Part shown: positions 52,642 to 63,942 of the stretch, one piece after another
Layout: each line of letters begins with the position of its first letter
Numbering within the stretch: position 1 is the stretch's first letter
Assembly: GCA_013239625.1 (NCBI GenBank)
Contig: MU054391.1
Span: forward strand, 5,413,824 to 5,477,823
DNA: 64,000 nucleotides
From: Lama guanicoe
Taxonomy: Eukaryota
Reading direction: 5' to 3'
The notes under the pieces: generated by a model
Told to the model about the DNA's origin: nothing
What the model saw: only the letters and a program-made list of their open reading frames with translations
The model's database searches: none
Translations under genes and position numbers: made by a program

Positions 52642-52852
52642 CAGGGTCAGCAAACTTGAAAAGCCGAGTAAATAAACACTTTTAGGTTAAATAAACCCTT
52701 CAGGCTTGTGGGCCTAAAATATCCTAGTCTTTGTTGCAGCTCCTCAGCTCTGCCAGGGTGTCCTGAAAGCAGCTGTAGACAGTATGTAAGTGCCCCAGGC
52801 CGCTTTCTAATAAAGCATTATGTCTAGAAACAGGCCATGGTTCGCTGCCCCG
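52642..52852 (-). mobile_element. MER58A-like hAT DNA transposon
   Basis: cagggtcagcaaact left end; gttgcagctcctcagctctgcc...aaagcagctgtagaca...aataaagc. Confidence 0.75.
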
Positions 52853-53289
52853 AAGTTAGAGGAACCGTAGGAGTTCCTGTGCCTATGGGAAGAAGACCGT
52901 GATCGCCCCTGACTTAGGCTTATGGCTGTTGGGGGTCCGTTGCAGCTGGGTGCTCAGAGCAGCTGCACTGCTTAGTCCTCTGAGAAAGCTTATAAAGGGG
53001 GAAATACAGAGCTAGGTTGAGATACCTGACGGTAAAAATGAACTAGATTATATTTTAAATTCTTCACAGAATGGAGAATTGTAAATTTGTGTAAGTCATG
53101 GCTTTTTTGTGAGTGTGTGTGCTTCCATCAAAAGACACAATCAGAGGGAGCTTTGGGTTGTGTGACAGTAAAAGGCAACATGCCCAGGTAGAGATGGCAC
53201 ACCCGAGGGCGTCACCGGTAGCTTGAACGCTGTGACAAGAGGTCAACGTGTCTGCATCTCATGCAGCTTTGCCCACCACCCCTCCACAG

Positions 53290-53542
53290 CCCAGTCCCAG
53301 CCGGCGGGAAGACCGGCCAGTCAGCTTCTACCAGCTGGGCTCCACCCAGCTGCAGTCCAACGCCGCGTCCCTGGCCAGAGACGCCGCCAGCCTGGCCAAG
53401 GACAAACAGAGGAGCTTCGTGCCCAGCATCTTGCAGAATGAGACATATGGAGCCATCCTGAGCGGCAGCCCGCCGCCCATCCAGCCTGCAGCCCCTGGCA
53501 CCGCCAGCGCCCCCCCGCTCCCCCCACGGAACGTTGCCAAAG
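53290..53542 (+). CDS. ASAP2: ASAP2 exon ~22 (253 nt), Pro-rich: PSPSRREDRPVSFYQLG...APPLPPRNVAK
   Basis: ctccacag|CCC...AAAG|gtactg; visible inside ORF 53248..53640. Confidence 0.95.
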
Positions 53543-55927
53543 GTACTGAGCTGTTGGGACCCCCCACCCCCAGCCCCAGTGTCCAGCAGCACATCGGGGT
53601 TTTGCTTTGGGGAGTTTGTAATCACTTTGCCCCCAACTAGCTGACATTTGGGCCGGCATTAGAGTGGATTTGTTTGTTTGTTTGTTTTTCATTTGGGGTC
53701 TTTGGTACTTCTGCTGTTTGTTTCCTAAATGAACTCCATCAGTCTTAGGATGGAGGTAGAGTGTCTTGACTTCATTCTTGTTCAGGGCAAGGGTGTGGCA
53801 TCTGTGATTCAGGGGCGCAGGGACTCCACGAGGGCAGGTCTGAGATGGGTGGGTCAGCTCCGGCCTCTGGCCCCGGACGTTTTCCTCTGACCTTCTTCCT
53901 GGTCCTTTCTGTTTGCTGTTCACCCCTCACACCTTGCTTCGCCTTTATTCTGCCCCTTTTACCTCTCTCTTGTCTGCACTCGGCCGCTTGTCACAGCTGC
54001 GGTCATCTCCTCTCTCTGTGATCCCCATGAAGTGAAGGGTAGAGAGATGCTGACCTGGGGGACCTATGCTCAGGCTGGGTGTGAAAACACAGGCGCGCCC
54101 TGAGCCCGGCCCGCACCTCGCCAGAGCTTGCCGCAGCCACTCTGTCACGGTGCAGCGAGTGTCACTCAACAGATGCTCTTTCTAAGAATGGAAGCTGGAG
54201 TCCCCCAGAGTTGGGTAATTTGCCGAGCACTGAAGGCCCACTGGTCATTATGTAACTTAAAGGCAGGTCCAGCAAGTAGCCAGGCCAGCTCTGGGCCGGG
54301 GCTGCCAGTCAAGGTCAGGGGCCTCCAGGGGCTTCCCGTGGAAGCGGGGCAAGAGCTTCCGCAGGACATGCTGCCCGGGTCCCGCGGCTGCTGCAGGCGG
54401 CTGGCAGGCCCCCAGGTCCGTCCCAAGTTGCACTATGCCCTGGCTGGTCTCTACGGGGGAGCGGTGGTGAGCGCTGCAAGGCCGGGCTGCGCGGTGAGCA
54501 CATCTGCCCCTATGTGGGGTCCATGCTTACAGTGCAGCATGGCTGTGCCCCGCCTCCCGCTGCAGCCCTGGGCACATTGCAGACCCTTCCACACAGCTCT
54601 GCCCCTGGCACTCAGGGGGGCCCAGAGAAGGCCGGGAGCCTGTTGTTGGGATCACAGAACCACACCCTTTAGGACCAAACCTGTGCTGCAGGCTGTGGAA
54701 TCCAACCCGCTCACCTCCCCGCAGAGCCCATTGCCCCCGCAGCGCCCATCGCCCCCGCAGCCCAGGCTTGAAGGGAGGGCCTTGAGCATGGGTGTCGGAG
54801 GGGATGAGCCCCACAGCTGGGAGGGCCCAGGCAAATGAGGGCAGCGCATCTCTGCTGCCTCCCGCCCGCCTCCCGCATCCCCAGGGCTTGAGTTAGTCTT
54901 GTACGGCTGGAGCTAAATGATTAGGTCATCCCTACCCTTAGTGACTGTGTACCATGTGAGGAAAGATTTATTTTGCTCTGTTGGGTCATATGAAAGGAAG
55001 GAAAACTGTTCACCTTTATTTCTTGCTTTCCTAAAGTCTTAGAATGAGAGGGTGTTGGCTTTTTTCTCCCCGTTTCCTTCTGCCGCTCCCACGGTTAGCT
55101 CCGTTTCTTCCTCTGGTGATGGGAATTGCACTTCATCCCTGCCAGGGCCCCACAGAGCCTCCTTGTTCTCCATCTGGTCCACGCTCGGTCCACGTGGAAT
55201 CTCCACCCATTAACTAGAACGGCACCAATGTTGTCCAGCCCTGCGCCGGGGAGGACCTTGTCCGTGGCAGATGTGCGAAGGCTCCCTCTGACCCCAGACC
55301 TGCCCTGTGCAGTCATCTCCAGGCCCATCCCGCTGGGTAGGCCGTCATAGCTTCAGACTGGGTCACCCCTGTGCCCTGAGCAGAGGCTGCTCACTGAGGA
55401 GGAGCTTGGGGCCTGGGGGCAGAGGAGGGCTGTGAGCAGGGCCGTGCTGTCTCCCTGGTGTGTCCCCTGCATCGACTTCCAGCCAGAAACATTTCTGCAG
55501 GAGATGGAGAGAGAGCCCTTCACCTGACGTCTTTGATTTGCACCCTTCTCTCCACGTGCTCTGTCTGAGGACGGGCGTGCCCCCTGTGCAGGGTGGTAGC
55601 CCTGTGGGCAGGACTGGAAATGGATAGAGACGGGCAGGTGTCCCATTCCCGAGAGCAGCGCTCAGGAGGGTCACTGTGGTTGTCATTTCCCTCTTCAAGT
55701 GGTATTTTTGAGAAAGAAAATCTGTAAGATTCAGAAAACCAGCTAGGAATTCTCCCAAAACGTCATTGGTTCAGTGTGTATCGGTATCAGTCTTGCAGAT
55801 ACCAGAAACAAAAATTTTAAAAATCAGTGTTCTATTTGTGGTCTTACTGCTATTGTAGAAGGGTCATGTGTACCGTTTTACAGGGGAGAGGATCAATAAT
55901 GCAGTGTTCTGTTTCTGTTTTTTGTTC

Positions 55928-55986
55928 TGTGCGCGTGCATGTGTGCATGCCTGCGTGTGCGTGCGTGTGCATGTGCGTGCGTGTGC
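55928..55986 (+). repeat. Alternating (TG/CG/CA) purine-pyrimidine tract abutting the exon ~23 acceptor, with 3 TGCATG
   Basis: TGCATG at 55936, 55944 and 55968. Confidence 0.9.
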
Positions 55987-55988
55987 AG

Positions 55989-56123
55989 TTCAGCCAGCCT
56001 CCTCAGCTAACGCCCTGTGGAAGACAAACTCTGTAAGTGTGGACGGTGTAAGCAGGCAGCGATCTTCGTCAGATCCGCCAGCTGTCCATCCACCGCTGCC
56101 CCCTCTCCGCGTGACATCCACCA
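55989..56123 (+). CDS. ASAP2: ASAP2 exon ~23 (135 nt, symmetric phase 1/1, probable cassette): (V)QPASSANALWKTNSVSVDGVSRQRSSSDPPAVHPPLPPLRVTST
   Basis: gtgtgcag|TT...ACCA|gtacgt; length is a multiple of 3; weak splice sites. Confidence 0.93.
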
Positions 56124-57599
56124 GTACGTTTTTTTTCCTTTTTCCTTTCTTGCCATTGGGTTTTGTAGATCGGATGGCTGGGGGGTCTTCTGGCAGCCGC
56201 GTGGGAGAGAGCCTGGGGCCCGGTGCCCAGCGCCACTTGGAGGCCTGTGGCCGCCGCCTCCTCCTCAGCCGCAAACTCCTGTCTGTGCCGCACCCACCGG
56301 GGGGCCTGCTCACTCTTGCCCTCTGTCTTCCAAGCACTTCAGCAACATTTCTTTCATACATTGTCTGGGGCTTCCTTTCCTTTGGCTGTTCGGTGGTTCT
56401 CAGTATTTGGGCACACTCCTGTGGATTATAGTCTGGTTGGTGTCCCCCTTCAGCGTCTGTATGTGGGTGAGTGTCCCAGCACCCAGGGAGGGCCGGGGGA
56501 GGGGCTTCATTCCAGCGGCCGAGCAGGGGTGTCGGCTGGACCAGAGGGTGAGCCCCGGGTGCTGCGTCTCCTTCCTGCTCCGCATCAGCCGTAGGAGGGA
56601 GGGGCTCCAGCATCTCTGGGGTTGCGTGGAGGGCACTGGGGGTTTCCCTGGGCTTTCCCTGGCTTCCTCGACCTAAGCTGAGGTGAAAGAAGCCAGCCCT
56701 AGCCACAGTAAGTATGCTGGCGGCAGAGCAGGAAGCTGTGTCTGGGAGGGTCTTCCAGAGGGGGCATCAGCTCAGGCACACCCAAGTCAGACAGCAAGTG
56801 GGCACCTGGCAGGTCTCAGAAGCCCACTTTCCTGCCTCTCAGTCTGGCCTCCCTGGGGCTGTAGATTTGCAAGCCAGAGTCTGCCTTTTGACTTTTTCTC
56901 TAAAATAGAAAAAGGAAACAAGGATGAAAAAAGAGACTAAACTGGACCCTGTCTTGGTCAGCCAGTGCTGTCCCAGGTATCCACTGCTCGCCCTAGGTAT
57001 CCACCTCCAGTCCAGAGCCCGAGGCAGGCTGCCACTCAACACGGACCACGAGATGCTAATGCTGGACACTCCGGGAGCGCACTGACGCTTCTCGGGGAGA
57101 ACGAGGAAGGACGCGTGGGCTTGAGGCCCAGCTCGGTGTCTCACCAGCTCTGCGCCCTTGGTGAAGCCTCGGCCTCCTCCCCTGTAAAATGCAGAGAATA
57201 AGAAGCTTTTCATCCTCACGAGTTGGGAGCCGTTACCAAGTTACTGACCCGCTGGCAGCCGGGACGTGGGGTACCCAGGGGCAGGACGGGCGGCAGACCC
57301 GGCCCGGGGCTCCTGCAGGTCTCCGGGAGAGCAGAAAACCAGGTTCACCTCCCCACAGGGGATGCCAGCTGAGAAAATTCTCACAAGCTCATAAAAGCAT
57401 TTTAATCCTAACTGGAGGCTTGGAAGGCCTTCCTGCCCATACTGTTTTCGGAAAAATCTTCTATGAAAGTAGGTTTTTTTCCTTAGGAAATAGCGAAAGG
57501 AAAAAGGAAGCCTTTGTCGGAAGAGCCTCCGGTGAGAAGGCTGGGAATGGGACGCCTGAGGCTGACCCTGTGTTTCTGTCTCCTTTTCTCTCTCCTCAG

Positions 57600-57759
57600 A
57601 TCCCCTGGCTCCCACGCCGCCCCCTCCGGTAGCCAAGACGCCCAGCGTGCTGGAGGCCCTGAGCCAGCAGAGCAAGCCGGCCCAGCCCGGGCTCCCACCC
57701 GGCAAAGCCCCGCCGCCCCTGCCGCCCAGCCGCCTCCCTCAGAAGAGGCCAGCCCCCGG
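57600..57759 (+). CDS. ASAP2: ASAP2 exon ~24 (160 nt), Pro-rich: (N)PLAPTPPPPVAKTPSVLEALSQQSKPAQPGLPPGKAPPPLPPSRLPQKRPAP(G)
   Basis: ctcctcag|AT...CCCGG|gtaacc; phase 1 to 2. Confidence 0.93.
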
Positions 57760-58129
57760 GTAACCGCCTCTCCTCTGTGTCCCCTCGGGGCCTGGCCAAG
57801 TCAGCCATCCTTGCTGCTTGCGTTCAGGGCGCTTCCAAGTGGCCGCAGCCCCTTCGCTTCACCTGCTGAGGTTTCTCTGAATGTTTGAAATCGCCAGTGT
57901 TTCTACTACTGTGAGGCTTGAGGTCAAGTGTTACATAACTAATTCATCAGGCTTCAGGTGTCTTAAAAATCATTTATTAAGAATGTTTAAACTGTAAATA
58001 CTTCATAGCCAATGTGTGTCTTACAACCACATGACAAATTTAGATTTCTGTTTAGTACAGACACTTTGATTTGGGGAGTTTAAGTCCTCAAGACATGAGG
58101 CCTATAGGTCTTGTTTGTTGCTCACTCAC

Positions 58130-59220
58130 AGGGTTCTTTTGAATATGAGGACCCTCTACAGTGTGGGACATGTATTTCCTACAAACAAGTACGTTCTCCT
58201 ACAGAAACACAATACAACCACCAAAATCAGGAAATTAACATACACACTACTTTCCAAAACTCAAGACTGCATTCAAGCTTTGCCACTTGTCCAAATAATG
58301 TCTTTTACTGCAAGGGGATCCAGTCACGGATGTCAGGCTATGGACCCCGGTGGTGGAAAAATGGTTCCTTTTAGTGGAAAGGATACTTAGAAGCCAGGAT
58401 CTGGGTGCTTAGTGTCTTCATTGCTATTGCAGTGTCACTGGTCCCAGGCAGGCCCTCTGAGTGGTCAGAACTAGTGACACACACACACACACACACACAC
58501 ACGTATATATACATGTATATCCATGTGTGTATACATATATAGATACATTTATCTCTGTATTTCTATTTGTCTATATTGAAATCCATGCGTTCACACTGTC
58601 TCCAATTTCAGTTCTAATAACAAACCACACCAAAATTTACTGACACAAGACATAACCATTTTGTTATGCTCAGGGACAGTCTCAGCAGTTTGGATCCGCA
58701 CGGAGGGTAGGGAGCAGGGATAGCTTGTCTTTGCGCTACAACATCCGGGCCTCTAGCTGAAAAGACTCGAGGGCTAGGGATGGGTCGACACAAAGTGACT
58801 CATCAGCTGAAGGCAGTGTCATGAGGCGTCTCCAGTCCGCACATCTAGTGCTTGGTGCTGGCTGTCAGCTGGGACCCCAGCTGGGGCTGACTGGATACTT
58901 ACATGTAACGGCCTCTCCGTGCAGGGAGGGCTTCCTCACATCCTGGTGGCTGGGCCCAAGAACGTGTCCTGGAAACTGGCAGGACATGGCTTCCATCTTA
59001 ATGTTACTGGTCAACAGTGGCAGAGCCCAGACTCTGTTCGGATTGGGGGCAGTGGAGTGGCACAGGGTGGTCATAGATTCCAGCTCTCAGTAAAGAGTTT
59101 GGGGGCAGTGTTTTAAAAGAACTACAAGGTTCATTCTAATTTTCTCCCTTTCTGTATTTGTTACTCCCTTTTCAATGGTGAGAAGTCTGGCCCCCAGGTT
59201 TACTTACTTGATCCCACGCT
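58130..59220 (-). mobile_element. L1MC-like fragment with an internal (CA)n (~58477-58502), interrupted by a MaLR LTR
   Basis: gtatttcctacaaacaag...aaaatcaggaaattaacat; tagaagccaggatctgggtgct; resumes at ~59127 with aggttcattctaattttctccc. Confidence 0.65.
58615..59126. mobile_element. MLT1-type MaLR LTR
   Basis: ataacaaaccacaccaaaa start; tgctggctgtcagctgggacc...ggcttcctcacatcctggtggctgg; ttttaaaagaactaca end. Confidence 0.7.
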
Positions 59221-59399
59221 TATGAATTACCAAATTTCCCATCTCCTCCTCCTCCTCTGTGCAGAAGCCTCCTCTCCCCTGTCAGGCTTCCCCTCATGGA
59301 CGCCTCCTGCCCCTGCTCAGGCTCTGACTCCCCAGAGGGATCTTTTTCCATCCCCACCATCAAGCAGATAATGGGAGCCTTTCAGGATATAAACTACAT

Positions 59400-60900
59400 C
59401 CTGCAGTTCTGAGAAATTTCATTGATTTTTTAAAAAATGACTTAACATCTGTTTTATTTTAGTTTTTTTTTCTGTCCTCACTTTTAATATTCTTATTATT
59501 CAGATGTCAGATCTCGGCCTTTCCTCTACGTGTCCTCTTTTCTCTTTATTAGAGTAAGTTAACTGCTCTCTCAGCCTCCCCCAGATCTCAGTGGTTTAAC
59601 GTATGGAGTTGACTTCTTGCCCACATGAAGTTGAGTGTCCATATTTTTGCTTGTACAGCAATCCCAAGAGGTGACTCAGAGGCCCAGACCCCTTCGTCTT
59701 CTGACTCCCTCATCTTTATCCCCTGGAGGCCCGGAGTTACTTCCCCAGGGAGAGAGGAACTCTGAAGTCTTGCTAACCTCCGAGGCCTGAGTGATGCGCA
59801 GGCTCCTTTAGCCAGAGCCAGTCCCATGGCCCCATCTAGAGGCGGGGGCTGGAAGTGCAGCTCTGCGCTGTGGAGGGGCCAGCTCTTGTCCACCTTCTAG
59901 TTTCCATTTCTGCCTTGTTTGCTTGCTTTTACAATCTAGGTTCTGGGAGATTTTTCTCAACTTTATCTTCCAGTTGTTTTATTGGCTTTTTTGTTTCCAC
60001 TATCATATATTGTTTAAGTTAATACACTATTTGTTTCCTGGACTTACTAACTTTCTTCTCAGACTGTTAATGATGGGGGAATGTTTATTTTAGCTTTTGC
60101 TTCTCTGCGGAATTTGTTTCTTCCACATTCTTTTCTCTTTGTTTTGACTTCTGTTACATTAGAGGCTTTTCCCTGTAAATGTGTTTCCTGCCCCTGAGTT
60201 GCTACTTGAGCTGAGGCATTAGACTGAGTGACAGTCTGCACCCTCATGCACAGAGCTGCTGGTGTGGGTCTCAGCATGTGGGGCGCTCACTGGCCTTTTT
60301 GTTAGGGGACCCTCGTTTGGGGCTTTTTTCTTTCACACCTCAGGTTCCTGAGAGAACAGCCTTCTACTCTCTGGCCTGAAGGGAGCAGAGTTTATGGGAG
60401 TTGAATACAGAAATAAAGATAAGCTTTTACTTAGTCCCTCGGGTTTTAAAAGATGCTCCCGCCCCTGGCATCCCTCTGTCCAGACGCCCTCTGTGCTGCC
60501 CTCTCTGAAGATGGAGGCTCCTGGTCTTCAGTGGGGTTGGGAGTGGGAGGTGCTAGGCTACTCAGAGTTGGGGCGGGAATCCAGGGACCCAGTACTCCCT
60601 TGGCAGATTCTGGCCAATCTTTGTGTTTAAGTCCTTCCCTCCCTCCCACTCCCAGTGGCTTATGAGCTCAGGGGCTTGAAGGCACCAGCAGGGGTCCTTC
60701 AGGGCCTTCCTTGCTGCCGTGGGGGCTCCTTCAGATGAACGAGAAGGGTTAGGATTTGGCCCTCCGTTCTCAGCTTCCAGATTTTTGTTTCCTCTTAGTT
60801 CTCTTTGTTCGGTGCAGCTTAAATTTTTTTTAATCCTTTTGCTTGGGAGAAAGTGGAAGTAAATGTATTTCAGCTGCTGTTTTTAACCAGGAGGCTCTCA
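59400..60900 (-). mobile_element. Very old L1-related (HAL1-like) fragments
   Basis: ttctgggagatttttctcaactttatcttcca and T-rich segments; weak and approximate. Confidence 0.4.
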
Positions 60901-61559
60901 GAACTGTTTTAGTGCCGCTTTGCAAGATCCCGCTCTGAAGCATAGCGTTCAAGTCCTTGCCCTCCTGTGCTCAGCGGCACGGTGAAACCTCCCGGGCCGT
61001 GAGGAGCGAGCGCGCTCTCAGGTCCGCGCTACACGCCGCAGGTCCCGCTGCCCTGAGCGCCTGTGTTTGCTCCGCGCCCCGCTTCAACTTTCTTCTCTCT
61101 TCCCTCGGCGCACCCTCAGATTTGCTCTTGCCGAGCTGCTGTTCTTTAAGAGACCAAATCCTGTGTGGAAGTTCTAGATGAGAACCTGACCACAGCCACG
61201 GTCTCAGGGAGCCCTGAGGTCCCCAGGGGCGGCTGCACAGGCAAGGACTCGGGCACGTTCTGTCCAGTTGCTCTGAGGCCGCTCGCTGCTCCCCTGGTTC
61301 TCGGGCGCGTCCTCGCGGGGCTCTGGCACAGTCATACCTGGTTCCCTGTTTTATGGGCTCACTTTCTCTCATGTCATCTGACGGAGAGGAAAGGTGGGGA
61401 GGGGTGATGCTAGGGCACCCCAAGGGACGTTGGGGTGGGTGGAGTCACATCGCCACTGCCCAGTGGTTCTGTTCTTAAAGGACTTACACTAGAGTGTCCT
61501 CTTTCCAAAGGGAGCACTTACCTCCTCACTTCATCCTGGGTGTGAATCTGGACTTGGAG

Positions 61560-61893
61560 CAGGAGGCGGCAAACTGTGCCTGAGGCCAGGCCACTGTGCC
61601 TCGGTCCAGTGCGCTGCCAGTTCATGTGTGGCCCACGGGCTTAGCTGTTTTTTCAGTGGTTGAAAACAACTAGAAGAAGAATATATTATGACACATGAAC
61701 ATTGTATGAAATTCCGATTTCAGTGCCCATAAACAAAAGTTAGGGCCTGTAGCTGCACAGTGTGTCCCGCATCATTTGTGGCTGCTCCCGTGCTGTGGTG
61801 GCAGCATTGAATAGTCGCGACAGGGACCTTGTAACCCACAAACCCTGAAACACTCACTCTCTGGCCATCTACAGAAAAGGCTTGCTGACCAGT
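61560..61893 (+). mobile_element. MER58B-like hAT DNA transposon
   Basis: caggaggcggcaaact...atgaaattccgatttcagtgcccataaac...ctggccatctacagaaaaggcttgctgacc. Confidence 0.8.
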
Positions 61894-62998
61894 GTCTCAA
61901 GGGTCAGGCCTTCCCTGTGGGCGTTTTGTAGTTGGGGAGATGACAAAGGATCCGCAGGCTCAGCATGATTTCTATCTTGATGTTGATGGAAAACAAATGG
62001 TGAGACTGGTCAGACTGGTGGGGGCCTTCGCTTGTTTTGCCTTTTTTAGTTCCTTGAAAACATGAGCAAAAGCAGTGTTATTTCCATCTCCATTCTGTGG
62101 CTGCAGCACCACAGCCTAGGCAGGGCTCCTTTGGACAGAGAAGGAAGCGTCAGACAGAGCGGGCCTGCAACAGAAGGGCCTTCCATCCCTCACTGGTCCC
62201 CCATCCGCCTCCTCTGCCCTCCAGCCCCTTCCCATCCCGTGTCAAGCCCCGATTGTGTGCCTGGCTCCATGCAGGGAGCTGGAGATAGGGGTTCTTTCTC
62301 AGCTCATCACAGATACTCTGTCACTTGTCCTTATTCTGAGAGTTGGTGGGGCTAGTGTCACACCTTTTGCAGGTGAAAATGGTGACTCACAGAAACCAGT
62401 TCATCCAGACCCACCTGGCAAGTCGGAGTTCATAGACCCCTGTCTGTCGGCCCTGGGAGCTGGTTCCCCTCCCTGTGTGTCTGCGGCCCTGGGACGTGTT
62501 GGGTCCGAGGGCTCATAGCTGGGCCTGAGCTACACTGAGTCACGTCTGTTACAGGCACCGGGGTCACAGAGTCCAGAAGCATGGATGACCCTGGCCAGCG
62601 GTGCCTGGATGGGTCCTGGTAGAGCCCCCCGGGCCCTGGGACTGATAAGCCCCGCCCTGACGCAGGAAGAGACCAAGTCCCCGCTGGGAGGGGACTGACC
62701 CGTTTGGTGCCCAGGTTCCAGCCCAAACCCAGGTCATTGGCAGCAGGCCCACACGGGACAGGAGAGCTTTGGGACCATCCTGGTTTTGGAATCGGGTACC
62801 TTGGATCTAGAACTGTCTTCTGAGCCTCTCATTCTTCCTTTTTCTAAAAATGGAGATAGTTGAATGACAATTGATAAAATCAGCCCACCTGTTTTCAACT
62901 TGAACATAGACAACTCCTTCAGAAAAAGAGAGGGAGGTGGGGCGGGTAACGTGCCTTTCAGGCCTCAGGTACCAGTAAATCTGTTTTCCTCTTTGCAG

Positions 62999-63048
62999 GC
63001 CTGACAAGTCAATCCCACTGAGCAACAAAGGCCAGCCGAGAGGACCTG
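62999..63048 (+). CDS. ASAP2: ASAP2 exon ~25 (50 nt): PDKSIPLSNKGQPRGP
   Basis: ctttgcag|G...CCTG|gtaatt; phase 2 to 1. Confidence 0.93.
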
Positions 63049-63425
63049 GTAATTATGTGAAAGGGGGCTAATCTCTGCTTGGGCTGTGGGGATGGGGTGG
63101 GGGTGTTTCCAGGCGGAGTCAGCCCCACATCAGGCCCAGCTGTCCTGCATCAGCAGCCACCCATCCTGCGCACAGCCTCTCACGCCCCTGCCCCGGGGCT
63201 GCTCTGCACCCTTCCCTCGCTCCCGTCCCCTTCTGCCATGATAGGGGGCGGTCGGGGGACCCCGGCGGGACCTGGAGGGGGCAGCACCCACCTTCCGCTG
63301 TGACACCTGCCGGCCTGTCTGCTCTGCAGAGGTTACAGGCAGGGGCGAGGGTCTTTGGTCTTCGAGGGACTTTTCCCTCAACAATTAGAAAATCTCAGGA
63401 AACTTGCCTTTTGGCCCTCAAGCAG

Positions 63426-63514
63426 CAGATCTCTCTGGAACAGAAGCTCTGGGTCCTCTGTCCAACGCCGTGGTCATGCAGCCCCCAGCGCCCATGCCCA
63501 GGAAGTCACAGACT
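63426..63514 (+). CDS. ASAP2: ASAP2 exon ~26 (89 nt): (A)DLSGTEALGPLSNAVVMQPPAPMPRKSQT
   Basis: ctcaagcag|CAGAT...ACT|gtaagt; start could shift by 3 nt either way (tandem acceptors). Confidence 0.9.
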
Positions 63515-63942
63515 GTAAGTAGACGAGCCCCTTCTTTGTGCCTCTCTGCTCTGGCCAGGAGTGTGTGGGTTATTCTCTGAGGGCTCAGGGAAGCAGTCTT
63601 GCCCTCTTACCCTGGATCGGGGTAGGGGGTGCTTCTTCCTGGGTGCCTGGTCCTTTGGATCCAGGAGGATGCAACCTAGAGCTCACCAGCTGCTGGGCTG
63701 GGCCCTCCACGCTCCAGGACAGACCCCATGTGCACGCCAGGCACTGGGCCGCCTCATTCCCAGCTCTCCTTACTCGACTGGCCTCCTCCTGAAGTCCCCC
63801 TGCCCCTGAGCCACACCGAACCGCCCCTGGACACCTGTGGGCTCCCCGGCCTGCAGGCAGGCCCTCAGGACCAGTCAGTTCTCTCCCCGGGAGCAGGCGC
63901 CTCCCCGCACACTAAGGTCTGACCCCTCTTCTCTTGACACAG

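Noticed and set aside
54128-54838. 236-aa + strand ORF, and similar long ORFs (55990..56706 -, 48583..49284 +, 15559..16182 +, 32225..32830 -)
   Set aside because: GC-rich intronic or off-frame ORFs with no recognisable domain; many start at non-ATG codons; expected by chance.
62962-62968. Possible 7-nt microexon ttcag|GCCTCAG|gtacca, or upstream acceptors for exon ~25
   Set aside because: It would leave a 30-nt intron, too short to splice; as alternative acceptors they frameshift or meet an in-frame TAA.
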